Part shown: positions 47,865 through 60,203 of the stretch, in pieces
Layout of the letters: each line of letters starts with the position of its first letter
Position numbering within the stretch: the first letter of the stretch is position 1
Source of the DNA: Octopus vulgaris
Taxonomy: Eukaryota
Assembly: GCA_951406725.2 (NCBI GenBank)
Contig: OX597817.1
Coordinates: 56,544,001 to 56,608,000, forward strand
Length of the DNA: 64,000 nt
Direction of reading: 5' to 3'
Notes under the pieces: generated by a model
Told to the model about the DNA's origin: nothing
Database searches by the model: none
Seen by the model: the letters and a program-made list of their open reading frames with translations, nothing else
Translations under genes and position numbers: made by a program

Positions 47865-49091
47865 TACTCTTTTACTCTTTTACTCTTTTACTTGTTTCAG
47901 TCATTTGACTGTGGCCATGCTGGAGCACCGCCTTTAGTCGAGCAGATCGACCCCAGGACTTATTCCATCGTTCTCTTTAGCCGAACCGCTAAGTTACGGG
48001 GACGTAAACACACCAGCATCGGTTGTCAGGCGATGTTGGGGGGGACAAACTCAGACACACAAGCATATACACGCACATACACACATATATATACATATAT
48101 ACGACGGGCTTCTTTCAGTTTCCGTCTACGAAATCCACTCACAGGCTATAGTAGAAGACACTTGCCCAAGGTGCCTCGCAGTAATGTGGTTCGTAAGCAA
48201 GCTACTTTTACCACACAGCCACCTCTACGCCTATATATATATTCGAAGGGTTTCTTTTAAATTCCGTTTACCAAATCCACTCACAAAACTTTGGTCGGCC
48301 TGAGGTTGTAGTAGAAGAAATTTGCCCAAGGTGCCTCGCAGTGGGACTGAACCCGGAACAATGTGATTGGAAAGCAATCTTCTTACCACATGACCACGCC
48401 TGCATTTATTTATCTTCATCATTTATTTGTAGCGTGTTTTGCAGTGATGTAGTGGCGCGCATGCGGTGTTTAAAAGTTATAGAATACCCTTTTTCAGTCT
48501 GGGGCATGGTAGTATTGGTGTAGTGTGATGAAGTGCATTGTGTTGCATATTTGCATGGCGGGGAATGAGATGTTGACGTTGCGAGCCATGTGCAGCGCGG
48601 CACACTGATGTGCGGAGTGGGTGTTGTAATAGGTTGGCTGGCGTTATGTCTTCTTCTCAGCTATGTGCAATTTGGAATGTGATGCTGTGTGGCGTGTTGC
48701 TGGGAAAATGAAAATAATCACTGAACGTGTGAAAAGGAAAGCAGCCACGCTTACATAATGCGCGCGGCCATACACAAACATAGAGGATAAAACCGTATAC
48801 ACACACACACAGATGTGATAACATATATCTACACATACATATACAAATGCAGGCATAAATATAGACACTCATATATATATATACAGAGAGAGATGTATAC
48901 ACATGCTGCTCTACCCTCACCACCGCCAAATATTGTAAGGAGGGTGTCCAATGTATTTGGAAGGACGAGAAAAGATGAAATGTTTGACAAGACACAAACT
49001 GGTGTTACACAAGGATGACAATTAATCACAATGTTATTTCAGTTATGTCTTGTCTGCTGCTGCTGTTGCTGCCACTACCGCTGCCGCAAGT

Positions 49092-49198
<107 letters not shown>

Positions 49199-49474
49199 CT
49201 ATCTATCTATCTATCTATCTATATATATATATATATATATTCATCTGTCTATCAATCTATGTATATATATATGTATATATATGTGTATGTATATGTGTGT
49301 ATATATATATGTGTGTGTGTTTATATATATATATATATATATATATAAAGAGAGAGAGGGGGGAAGATGGGGAGATAAATAGATAGATAGATATACACAC
49401 ACACACACACATACATAAATATATAGATGTTTGTATATGTATGTACATGTGTATATCGGATATATATATAAATA

Positions 49475-49508
<34 letters not shown>

Positions 49509-50179
49509 AAGAGAAAGAGAGAGACAGAGGGAGAGAGAGATGTATGTATATATACATACATGCAATTATACGTGTATGTATGGATGTATCTATATATGCA
49601 TGTGTGTGTGGTATGCATATATGTATGTATGTATGTGTGCTTATATGTATGTATTGGCATTACTACTTCTGCGTTGGTGATATGAAGAGAACAGCCTTGT
49701 ATACATGGAGAACAACCAGTTTTCATGGAAAGAGATTTTGCTCAAGCCTGAGCAAACATGGAAAATGCATGAGATGCATGTTATTTCAATATTTACAACA
49801 AAGAAAAGAGGCGAGATGGCAGAATCGTTAGCACACCATGCCAGATGCTTAACAGCATTTCGTCCGTCTTTACATTCTGAGTTCAAATTCTGCCGGGGTC
49901 GACTTTTCCTATTATTCTTTCGGCATCGATAAAATAATTACCAGTTGAATACTGGGATCAGCATGACCGAGTTACCTCCTGCCTCTAAATTCCTGGCCCT
50001 ATGTCAAAATTTAAAAACCAATATTTACACCAAAGTAACTCAAATTAGATTATATATGAAAGCAGGTAGAGTTAGATATGTCAACGTCTTAGAACGGTCA
50101 CTTATATCATCAGTAATATTAATATACCAATTTGTTTTTTGTACGTACCTGACGCGTGTGTCATGGTTAAGAGAAATTG

Positions 50180-50223
50180 ATTGTTAAAAGAAATTTTGTT
50201 GCAACAAAATTTCTTTTAACAAT
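50180..50223. repeat. Perfect 44-bp palindrome with no spacer
   Basis: attgttaaaagaaattttgttg|caacaaaatttcttttaacaat; it extends imperfectly over 50169-50234. Confidence 0.95.
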
Positions 50224-50841
50224 TTATTTCTCTTGCAAAAGTAACGCTGCGACGGACTGGTGTCCCGTCCAGCTGAGGAACACATACACCATAGAAACCG
50301 GTTAACTGGGCCCATGAGCCTGGCTAGGCTTTAAAAGGGCACATTTATTTATTATATACATATATGCTCATCATAGAAGGACAAACTGGACTAGACGGAG
50401 CAAGATGATACACGTAGATGGAAAGGGTCGCTGAAGAGTCGCAGAAAGGTTTCCACACAATGGAAATATGATAAGAACAATAATAAACGAGTGAAGAACG
50501 AATATATAGTGATTGTTTATATTTGGTCAAAAAGAAAATGACTATCGCTAAATGTGTGTACGTGTATGTGTGTGTGTAAATATATAAATATATTTGTGTG
50601 TGTATATGTGTGTGCATGCGTGTGCGTGTGAATATATATATGTGTGTGTGTGTGCGTGAATGGATGGATGGATAGATATTTATATATACACACACACATG
50701 CATATTTGGGTACTGGACGTCACCAACAGTACAAATAACATGAAAGATGTAAACAACGAGAAAAAATGGAAAACAGTACAAGTAACCACAGAGAAATGAC
50801 GCTTCATCAGTTGTCGGCTGTCTATCTACTCCTCATTTCGA

Positions 50842-50882
<41 letters not shown>

Positions 50883-50884
<2 letters not shown>

Positions 50885-52116
50885 TTTCCACTGTTTATAT
50901 ATATATTTTTTATTGTTTATATGTTTGTACTGTCGTTACCGTCTTGCTTTTTACCCTCTGCAAAAAGATCTCAGAATTTTAATTGATTTGCTTTTCGCAG
51001 GAAGGAATTTTTCATTCGAAGTATACGTCTCGCTTTTATCCTTCGAAACGTTTAGTAGATGAAACTTTAGCGACTGAAGAAGGGGATTTTTCGTTGTGCT
51101 TATTGTCCTGTATCTCTCTCTCTTTTTTTTTGCCTGTCTTGTTCCTTGGTTTGTGTCTATGTTTTTCGTCTCTCTATGTGTTCGACGTCTTTTTGGTGTC
51201 CTGTACACATATATGCGTGTATATGTACATGTAGAGGTAGGTACGTACATATATGTTTATATATATGCATATATTTTATTAACATATTATACGACTAAAC
51301 GCACGCACCCTATTAAGTAAGATTGTTCTGTTTATCAAGTTCGCCTTGATATTAACTCTCACGTGACTCTGCATCTTTCTTTCTTTCTCTCCCATTCCCT
51401 TTTTCGTCTTTTTTCCCTCACTTAACTTGTCTCTTCCTCTCTCTCTCTCCCTCACTGTTCTTCATGGTCTCCTCGCACCATTCCCCTTCTTCTCTCTCTT
51501 CCTCTTGCTCCTCCTCCCCCATTCCCGTCGTCCATCTGCGACGTTACTTCCGTCGTAACTGCTCCTGTCCTTTCTCGCCCGCCTTCTAAGGCCACTGGTC
51601 GACATCTTCCTCTCTCGTCGTCCACTATAATCCAGCGTTTGCAATACTTTTTTCGTCTGGCGTTAACAGCCCTTCTTATCTTGTTCTCCTTGTCCTGTCT
51701 CTCACTGTTATATATTTATTTTTCCACTGTTTATATATATATTTTTTATTGTTTATATGTTTGTACTGTCGTTACCGTCTTGCTTTTTTACCCCTCTGCA
51801 AAAAGATCTCAGAATTTTAATTGATTTGCTTTTCGCAGGAAGGAATTTTTCATTCGAAGTATACGTCTCGCTTTTATCCTTCGAAACGTTTAGTAGATGA
51901 AACTTTAGCGACTGAAGAAGGGGATTTTTCGTTGTGCTTATTGTCCTGTATCTCTCTCTCTTTTTTTGCCTGTCTTGTTCCTTGGTTTGTGTCTATGTTT
52001 TTCGTCTCTCTATGTGTTCGACGTCTTTTTGGTGTCCTGTACACATATATGCGTGTATATGTACATGTAGAGGTAGGTACGTACATATATGTTTATATAT
52101 ATGCATATATTTTATT

Positions 52117-52124
<8 letters not shown>
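50883..52124 (+). mobile_element. Element with two ~405-bp near-identical direct repeats around a ~430-bp pyrimidine-rich core (pseudo-LTR-like)
   Basis: 50883-51287 matches 51719-52124 at an offset of ~838 bp; the ORF track shows duplicated peptides. Confidence 0.8.
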
Positions 52125-52147
<23 letters not shown>

Positions 52148-52445
52148 CTGTGTGTATTTACATATATATATATGTATGTACTTATATATGTGTGCGTATG
52201 TACACATATATATGTGTATATGTGCGTGTGTGTGTTTCTTTATGTTTATCCCTCGTTACCGCATGACAATCTGTGTTGGTTTGTTTACGTCCCCGTGGCC
52301 TTGCGCTTCGGTAAAACAGTTCCAGGCTTTCAGACAAAATAAGACCTGGGGGTCTATTCCTTCGACTAAAAATTCTTCAAGGCGGCGCTCCAGCATGGCC
52401 GCTGTCTAATGACCGAAAGAAGTAAAAGATAAATTATACATATAT

Positions 52446-52860
52446 AGGCGCAGGAGTGGATGTGTGGTAAGAAGCTTGCTTCCCAGCCACATGGTTCTGG
52501 GTTCAGTCCCACTGCATGGCACCTAGGGCAAGTGTCTTCTACTAAAGCCTCGGGCCGACCGAAGCCTTGTGAGTGGATTTGGTAAACGGAAACTGAAAGA
52601 AGCCCGCTGTATACAAACAACTATATGTTTGTGTGCCTGTCTTTCTCCCCATCACCACCACCATCGCTTGACAACCGATGTTGGTGTGTTTACGTCCCCG
52701 CAACTTAGCAGTTCAGCAAGAGACCGATAGAATAAGTACTAGGCTTACAAAGAATAAGTCCCGGGGTCGATTCGTTCGACTAAAAGGCGGTGCTCCATCA
52801 TGGTCGCAATCAGATGAGGGGAAACCAGTAAAAGAATAGAAGAATAAAAGAATAAAAGAA
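52446..52860 (+). mobile_element. tRNA-derived SINE family A, full length and bipartite around a simple-repeat linker
   Basis: Head aggcgcaggagtggatgtgtggtaag...gggttcagtccc and an (AAGAATA)-type tail. Partial copies lie near 4115, 9080, 9970, 14000, 17520, 19420, 32120, 40690, 41470, 45560, 47885 and 52250. Confidence 0.9.
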
Positions 52861-53056
52861 TATATTTGTGTGTGCGTATGTATGTGATTGCGTGTTTATG
52901 TATGTACGTGTGTGTGTGTTTGTGTGTGTTCTGTTTCTACAAGATGTACTCCCACCAGTCATTTCTGTCAAAAAGACATTCATTTAAATGCCATGAATCT
53001 TGTTAAACCAGTGCAGAAGGAGATTTAGCGGGGGGGGGGGGTATGTATATAAATTC

Positions 53057-53128
<72 letters not shown>

Positions 53129-53372
53129 GTTTGTATGTATGTAATTATGTATGTGTGTTTGTGCCTGTTTGTATTAAACATCGAACATGATCATCGTCAG
53201 TCACTCGCTAAATTAGTGTGTTTGTGAGCAAGTACCTATATATACGTGTGTTTGTGTGTATGCGTATGTATGCATACAGATATGTATGTATATCTGCCCA
53301 CATACACACGTACACAGCATACATACACTGAGATACACACGCATACATATTTATATTTATAAATAAATATGT

Positions 53373-53445
<73 letters not shown>

Positions 53446-53526
53446 CACACACATATACATACATAATATTTATAAATAAATATAGCATTTATATGTATGT
53501 ATGCATGTATGTATGTATGTATGCAT

Positions 53527-53561
<35 letters not shown>

Positions 53562-53750
53562 ATACATATATAAATATATATATATACATACATATATATA
53601 TATATACACACACACACTCACACACATATATATGAATGTATGTATGTACATAAATATATATATATACATATTCATGCGCACACACCATAGGTCCATACAC
53701 ATACACTCACATATATATATATATATATACGCACACACATATAAATACAC

Positions 53751-53796
<46 letters not shown>

Positions 53797-54299
53797 TCAT
53801 ATACTTATATAAGCACCTTATTTGTTTCCATCGTTCTCTTCTGCTGTCGATTTAATGTTGCACTTTAAACAGATGCATTTCTCTCTCCGAGATTATCTTT
53901 GATGTTGCCGTCTGTTTGTTTTGGCAAACTTCGCTTCCAGTAACTTCTCTGATCTCCATAGAGACACATTTGAACCGAATGACCTCGCTTATTTCAGTCG
54001 TGTTTACAACATTCGGTGCACAGTCGGGTTGCAACTGCACGCTGCCAGGTGTCAGTAAGTCTAGCTGTGTGATGCGCGTGCACTTTAACAAATGCACCGC
54101 GGAGAGTAGTAGAGCAGAGTGTTGCAACAGCGGTATCGTATCGTGGGTGCAGTAAGGTGAGTTGCAGTGTAACGAGTGCACTTTAACAAGTGCATTACAT
54201 AGAGTACATTCTTGTGGCTGCAACTGTTGAGACTGAAGGGCGATGGCTCCGTCGCAATTCGAACGTTATCAGGTGATGCTGGTGATAATAATGATGATG

Positions 54300-54340
54300 G
54301 TGATGCTAGTTGTAGCAGCAGCAGCAGTACTAATAGTAGC

Positions 54341-54387
<47 letters not shown>

Positions 54388-54635
54388 CAGCAGCAGCAAT
54401 AGTAGTGGCTGTAGCATGATTATTATTAGTAGTAGTAGCAGTAGTAGTGGCTATAGCATGATTATCAGTTGTAGCAGTAGTAGCAGTAGTAGCAGCAGTA
54501 GCAGCAGCTGTAGTAGTAGTAGAAGTAGTTGTTTTTGTTGTTGTTGTTGCTGTTGTTGTTGCTGTTGTAACAACAACAACAGCAGTATCATTATCATTAT
54601 TATTAGTAGTAGTAGTAGTAGTAGTAGTAGTTGTT

Positions 54636-54667
<32 letters not shown>

Positions 54668-54705
54668 TGCTGTTGGAGCAGCATCAGCAGTATTATTATT
54701 ATTAT

Positions 54706-54753
<48 letters not shown>

Positions 54754-54781
54754 CAGCAGCAGCAGCAATAGCATCAGCAGC

Positions 54782-54813
<32 letters not shown>

Positions 54814-55085
54814 TAGTAGTAGTAGCAGTGGCAGCAGCAGTAGTAGTAGTAGCAGCAGCAGTAAAAGTAGTAGTAGTGGGAGTAGTAGTAGTAGTAGTTG
54901 CAGCAGCAGCAGTAATATTAATAGTAGTAGTAGTAGTAATAATTTTAGTAGCAGTAATAGCAGCAGCAATAGTTGTTGTAGTAACTACTACTACTACCAC
55001 TACGAGTAGTAGAAGTAGCAGTAGTAGCAGCAGCAGTAGTAGTAGTAGTAGTAATAGTAGTAGTAATAGTAGTAGTAATAGCGAC
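54300..55085. repeat. Long compound (AGT/AGC)n trinucleotide array
   Basis: Directly visible. Confidence 0.95.
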
Positions 55086-55249
55086 GATAATGGCAATTAA
55101 TGATAATAATCCTCTCTAATTTTGGTACAAGACAAGCAATTTTTGGTGGAGTGTATTAATCGATTAGATCGACTGACCCCCCTCCCCTAGAATTTCTGGC
55201 CTTGTGCCTAGAGTAGAAAACAATATACACAATACATATTTTGATGTGC

Positions 55250-55500
55250 TTTTAGTAGTTTCATATGTTGAGAAATACCTCAAACATATCATCAGGCACA
55301 AACGACATGTAATTAAGTGGAAAATAATTGAAAAATCAAAATCTTATGTTAATGGATCAAATAGACGTAAGCTATGTTTAGCTGAAAGGACACAGATCCT
55401 TTTCAGATCTAAGATCCCTAACTCACAAGTGAACTCTAGGTCTGAAATTCCCAGCAGTTGTAAACATATGTCGAAGTACATGTTGAAGAATTGGAAAATT
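55250..55500 (+). mobile_element. PLE GIY-YIG C-terminal fragment
   Basis: IKWKIIEKSKSYVNGSNRRKLCLAERTQIL..VNSRSEIPSSCKHMSKYML within ORF 55204-55587. Confidence 0.82.
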
Positions 55501-55700
55501 CGCGTATACCTGATTAACTTGATATCTTTCCAACCTTATAATTTAAAGTCTAAGGGAGTTAACTCTTTTACCTTTTTTACTTTTTAATGTTTTCTCTTTC
55601 GTTTTCCGTTTTTTAATCTTCCACGTTTTCTATATGCTTCCTTTTCAACTTTATACGTTTCTTCTCTCATTCAATTATTAGTTCTTTGTGATATGTGCTT

Positions 55701-55757
55701 TGTGCCTGATGAATATGTTTCAGATATTTCCCAACATATGAAACTATTAGTAGCACA
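55701..55757 (+). ncRNA. Type-I hammerhead ribozyme, best-preserved copy
   Basis: TGTGC-CTGATGA-ATATGTT-N13-AACATAT-GAAA-CTATTAG-TA-GCACA. The core is intact, stem I is 5 bp, stem II is 7 bp, and the GUA site is at 55750-55752. Confidence 0.88.
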
Positions 55758-55867
55758 TTAGAACATGCATTGTGTATATTAAATAATATTTCTCTCTCAC
55801 CAGATGGCGTACTTTTTCTATTGATCTTACCTTCACAAAACAATACATTATATGTATGTATGTATAA

Positions 55868-56075
55868 AGCGACGAGCTGGCAGAAACGTTAACGCACCGG
55901 GCGAAATGTTTACCTGTATTTCGTTTGTCTTTACGTTCTGAGTTCAAATTCCGCCGAGGTCGACTTTGCTTTTCATCCTTTCGGGGTTGATAAATTATGT
56001 ACCAGTTGCGAACTGGGGTCGATCTAATCGACTGGCTCCCTCCCCCAAAATTTTGTGCCTTGTGCCTAGAGTATA
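55868..56075 (+). mobile_element. SINE family B copy (others at ~49810-50020 +, ~57625-57835 -, ~60975-61180 +)
   Basis: Homologous to 8373-8604 and 10975-11195. Confidence 0.85.
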
Positions 56076-56379
56076 AAAGTATATGTATGTATGTATGCTA
56101 TGTATGTATGTATGTATGTATGTACGTATGTCAAGTATACACGGTATGCAATAAAACAAAGGGAAGTATACAGCAGTAAAAGAAAAGAAGGAAAAGGAAA
56201 AAAGAATGATAGTGTGGTGCTCCTGATACAGGAAGACCTCTAAGTATCGTCGAGGAACCCCACTGTCTAAGACCTCCCTGAGCACCAAGGGCAAGTGTCC
56301 TCTCCACTTCCCTTTCTCCGACTTACAGGTCTACATTTAGAGTGGTACCATCCACTCTTATCATTTTCGAAATTTTCAC

Positions 56380-57295
56380 CCACCATTCAAAAAATTCGCT
56401 CGAAGACAACATTCCTCTCCCCGTCCTCACTTTCTGTGTCATCATACTTTCAGCCTCGTCCACCAGACAGACTCTTTCGCCACAGCCACCAGGCAAAGGA
56501 AAACTGCTTTACCTGCCTCATTAAAGGAGGGCTGTGGAGCAATCATTACTCCCTACTCAGCCGACAGACTTATCGGTCCTACGCGCGACAGCTGCTGTTA
56601 AACATAACTACACAGGGCAGCAATGCCCGGATAATGAATGAGAGCAATGAGAATAGTTCCGTCGCTCTGAGAGCACCTCGGACACACCCGTCTTTCAGCA
56701 CATCTATACCTGTAGAGTTTCTCTCGAACCGGTACCGCCTTACCCTTCCATGCCAAGGGCATCTGGAAATTATCCATCGTAATCCTTCGGGACAAACTAG
56801 CCGATTTGTTTTCGTTGACGCCCAGAGTCTCCCCGAGGAGTTCGTCGCACTTCACTGCCACCAATCCTCTATATCCCACTGTCCGACTGAAAGAGGGTTA
56901 TGAGTACCTGACGACGTTCTAGGGGCCAGGCGCTCAGTCTCGGCCTTTCTTTCCCCCCGGAACTGCAGCTCTATCAACGAGACGAAAGACGTGCCACAAA
57001 ACCTCAGCTCGTGTCTGCACACCAGAAGCTATGGCATGCTTAAGCAGCCACGCAGACGTATCAGAAGCAGACTGGCCGCCCGCGCGTCTCTCCCACAGGA
57101 ACATTAATACGAAATGTTCCAGTCTGATCAAACAGTAACCGGGGCTGGGCGCGGTGGTCAGGAGCTAAATGATGATAGAGGCGATGTAGGCATTCGTCAC
57201 CTCTTCCAGGGTTAGGCTCTTCTCTGCTTGTTTCTGAGTAAGACTGGCCTCTCTGCTCGTCACTTTGTTCTGTTCCATTTCTTATCCACATGGAG
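56380..57295 (-). mobile_element. Old degenerate Tx1-like LINE fragment
   Basis: YRGLV..DELLGETLGV..MDNFQMPLAW..PVREKLYRY..CPRCSQSD parallels the C-terminus of the 27100-29082 ORF. Confidence 0.8.
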
Positions 57296-57334
57296 GTTGG
57301 GAGCAAACTAGACCTGGAGCAGGTGGAGAATAAA

Positions 57335-57585
57335 TCAAGCCATGGCAGAGTTGGCCTGTATCTACGCTGGTTAATATGTCGGCATTATAAAATCAAATCT
57401 GTTGACAAGTGGTATGAACACCATCCTGAGTCTGGAACGATTCTTTGGGATTTTCCACTGCATTCACACCGAACCATCAAAACTGATAAATTAGATATTA
57501 TACATTGATCGCCATAAGTATTCCTTCCGGTCATAATATCTCGGCAAAAGAATTTGACAAGCTCAGAAAATATAAACTTGTCGCA
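57335..57585 (+). mobile_element. RLE-type LINE fragment (R4/NeSL-like)
   Basis: HGRVGLYLRWLICRHYKI..KWYEHHP..ILWDF..IKTDKLDII. Confidence 0.75.
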
Positions 57586-57849
57586 TATCACACCCTGCTG
57601 TCTTCGAATAGAACATATTCTTTTTCTACTCTAGGCACCAAACCCGAAATTTTGGGGAAGGAGGGGACCAGTCAATGAGATCGATCCCATTACGCAACTG
57701 GTACTTGATTTATCGATCCCGAAAGAATAAAAGGCAAAGTCGACCTCGGAGGAATTTGAACTCAGAATGTAAAGACAGACCAAATGCTGCTAAGCATTTC
57801 GCCCGGTGTGCTAACGTTTCGGCCAAGTTCGCCGCCTTTTCCAATAGAA

Positions 57850-58495
57850 CACATTGCATTTTGTCTGATTCTTTACACATACAGAAAAGACGGGATGGTC
57901 ATGGTTAAAGCGCTCTCGATCATTGGTCTACTCTCTCAGAGCTGATCTTGGACTGAATAACAGCAAATGCAATTTTTACGGGATCAGTTAATATGCTAGA
58001 AATAACAGCCGAATCTCTATTAAACCACGCCATACCACTTTAAGAAACAAAGGACATATTATATAGTGTAGAAGCAGAGTCCGAAATATACAAATGAAGA
58101 TGGGATGGTCAGAGCTGGAGCGCCGTTGATCACCTGCCTGCTCGAAGGAGCTAATACGTTGTTATTTAATCTGCTAGAAATAACAGTCGAATCTTCGTCA
58201 AATTGTACCGTACTGTTATAAGAAACGAAAGACATAGTAGGGTCCGAGATTTACAAAGAAAGATGGAATGGGCACTGCTGGAACGCTGTTGATCATGGGT
58301 CTACTCGTGTCATTTTGTCTGCTAGTAATAACAGTCAAATCTCCCTCTAACTGTCGTAACGTCTTCAAATAAGGAAGGCCACATTTCCTAATGTGATCCT
58401 ACATAATTCTAAAACAAGACTGGATAACCACGGCTGGAATTCTTTTGGTAAGACGTCTACTGGTTGAGGTTCGGCCTGGGGTTAAACAACAGCAG
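57850..58495 (+). repeat. About four diverged tandem units (150-180 bp) of a dispersed repeat
   Basis: tgctagaaataacagYcgaatct-like starts at ~57994, 58172 and 58320. Dispersed relatives lie near 33620, 34140, 37860, 46880, 47290 and 62600. Confidence 0.7.
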
Positions 58496-59436
58496 CAGCA
58501 GTAGTAGCAGAGGCAGCAGCAATTATTACAAACTCCCAACTCCCTCACCACCAACCACCACCACCATCACCACCACCACCATCACCACCGCCGCCGACAG
58601 CAAGAGCTGTGACATCAACAGCACAAATGATGAATGAGTCTTAGGAAGGAACGTGTGTGTGCGTACGTGTGTGTGCGTACGTGTGTGTGCGTACGTGTGT
58701 GTGCGTGCGGGCGTATGTGTGTGCGTGTGTGTGTGTGTGAATGTGTTTATGAATGTGTGTGCGATTGTACGTATGTGTGTGTATGCGTTTGTGTAGATTG
58801 TTGAAATAGCTTCGCCACACTGGAATGGTTCCCTCCAGTTAGCCAAAGAATGGTAAGCGGGGAGGATGTTGTTTAGTTAACAGTGGTGGTGGGGGTGGGG
58901 TGGCTGTGGAGTTATTGTTGTTGTTGTTGGTGGTGGTGGTAGTGATAGTGGTGGTGGTGGTGGTGGTGGCGGTGGTGGTGGTGGTGGTGGTGGTGGTGGT
59001 GGTGCTTCTCTAGAGTGAGATAAACGGATGGGTGGCTAAATGAATGGACAAACGAAGCGAGCTTGTGTCAACTGGAGTGAGAGGTGGGAGGTGAGAGAGG
59101 GGGATTGGGAAGAGGAGAGGAGAGAAAGGGGAGATGGTACATTGGTGATAGATGGGGTTTATTAGGGAGAGGGAATATCTAAGAGAAAAGGTCTGGAGCA
59201 AAGAGAGAGAGAGAGAGAGAGAGAGAGCGAAAAGGAACGTGAATGAAAGAGAAGGAAAAAATAAGAGATAGATGAGTAAGTAGATAAATAATTTTATATA
59301 CATACATACATACATACATACAGAGTGAAAGACAGACAGACGGAGATAGTCAGACAGACAGAAGGAAAGGGTAGATATATACATAGAGAGAGAGATAGAG
59401 AGGAAACAGACAGACAGGCGGAAAGAAAGGATAATT

Positions 59437-59469
<33 letters not shown>

Positions 59470-59490
59470 TGGATAAATAGACAGACAGAC

Positions 59491-59583
<93 letters not shown>

Positions 59584-59691
59584 TACGGATGGATGGGTGG
59601 ATGGATGGATGGATGGATGGATGGATGGATGGATGGATGGATGGATTGATTGATGGATGGGAAAAGAGAAAGGAAGAAAGAAAGAAAGGAA

Positions 59692-59725
<34 letters not shown>

Positions 59726-60060
59726 GAAAAGAGAAGGAAAGAAAGAAAAGAAGGAAGGAAGGAAGTGAAAATGGTGAAAGAAATGGAAGATGGCGGCAGT
59801 GAGAATGGAAATAGGAAAGGAAGAAATATTGGAAGCAGAAAAAATGGTTGGAAGATGCAGAGAATGAAAGATAGAGGAAAGAGGAGAGAAGGAGATAAAG
59901 AGGGAGCAGGAAGGGGAGGGGGAGAGAAAGAAAGGGACCAAAGTACGAAATATGAAATGAATGAAGGAACGAAAAATATAAACATTGGAAGAGGGAACGG
60001 TAAGAAAGATGAAGACTTCAGAAACATATCTCCTAATTTTCCTCTTTTTTTTTAATAATG

Positions 60061-60122
<62 letters not shown>

Positions 60123-60172
60123 TATAATAATAATGATAATAATAACGATAATAATAATAATAATAATAATAA

Positions 60173-60203
<31 letters not shown>

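Noticed and set aside
50268-50309. ccag-CTGAGGA...GAAA-CCGG-TT-aactgg hammerhead look-alike
   Set aside because: No stem II can form, stem I' is offset by two bases, and it lies within a SINE central domain.
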